From Dehalococcoidia bacterium (GTDB taxonomy: Bacteria > Chloroflexota > Dehalococcoidia > UBA2979), in the NCBI GenBank assembly GCA_964291495.2, contig OZ219872.1, positions 224,001 to 288,000 on the forward strand: a stretch of 64,000 nt of DNA, in the 5' to 3' direction. Below are positions 63,608-64,000 of the stretch, one piece after another. The first letter of the stretch is position 1. Every line of letters begins with the position of its first letter. Made by a program: the position numbers and the translations under genes. Below the pieces are notes generated by a model. It did no database searches and was not told where the DNA came from. It worked only from the letters and a program-made list of their open reading frames with translations.

Positions 63608-64000
63608 TTGAGCGAGGAGCCCGCCGCAGGCGCCCGCGAGGCACGGGACTCCGGGGCGCTGCGGCGCCCGGAGCGGCCCGGCACCTGGGCCTCCCTCAAA
63701 ATCAGCAACTACCGCTACCTCTGGCTCGGCCAGGCCGGCCACGCCGGCGGGATCTGGATGGAGCAGATCGCCCGCCCCTTCCTCGTGCTCGACCTCACGG
63801 ACGGGTCGGCTACTCACGTCGGCGGCGTCCTGGCCGTCCGCACGGTCCCGCAGTTCATCCTCGGCATGTGGGCGGGCGTGATCGCCGACTCGTTCGACCG
63901 GCGATCGGTGCTGCTGGTCATGAAGACCGGGGCGTTCCTGCTCAACGTCGGCTTCGTGGCGATCCTCGCGCTCGGCCTCCTCGAGCTCTGGCACATGTAC
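63608..64000 (+). CDS. MFS transporter, partial (runs off the window)
   Basis: TTG start after GGGGAGG; NYRYLWLGQ, WMEQIA and GVIADSFDRR motifs. Confidence 0.8.
   Translation, partial: MSEEPAAGAREARDSGALRRPERPGTWASLKISNYRYLWLGQAGHAGGIWMEQIARPFLVLDLTDGSATHVGGVLAVRTVPQFILGMWAGVIADSFDRRSVLLVMKTGAFLLNVGFVAILALGLLELWHMY

Overview
Very GC-rich bacterial chromosomal window. The many LLM, SDR and SnoaL paralogs, the Fn3/cadherin giant protein and the hybrid HK-RR suggest Chloroflexota (Dehalococcoidia/SAR202-like, possibly host- or sponge-associated); this is an inference. Positions 1-35.5 kb are mostly metabolic and housekeeping: Ldh-family dehydrogenase, SnoaL proteins, hicAB, MFS, LLM, an FtsX-type ABC system, CcdA, a UGSC selenoprotein, NnrE, a GlnE-like protein, malic enzyme, lspA-rluA-gltX and three tRNAs (Glu-CUC, Glu-UUC, Gln-CUG). 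Positions 35.6-57 kb, downstream of tRNA-Gln, look accessory: trypsin-like protease, one-polypeptide kinase/response regulator, RusA-like protein, a 3260-aa Fn3/Ig/cadherin surface protein, two MarR genes, a methyltransferase and an NCS2 fusion. Positions 57-64 kb hold SDRs, an esterase, CapA and a partial MFS. Most notable: (1) a circularly permuted CcdA; (2) a UGA-recoded UGSC selenoprotein fusion with a SECIS-like hairpin; (3) a giant adhesin whose near-identical Fn3 blocks alternate with hypervariable Ig/cadherin modules, expressed from a divergent promoter shared with tandem marR genes; (4) an identically spaced GTATG triple motif on both sides of the hybrid kinase; (5) a 1-kb mosaic array of three palindrome families; (6) a single gene bracketed by a 34-bp direct repeat. 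Two single-base homopolymer frameshifts (hicA, ccdA) may be sequencing errors. Family calls come from motif recognition only; no searches were run.
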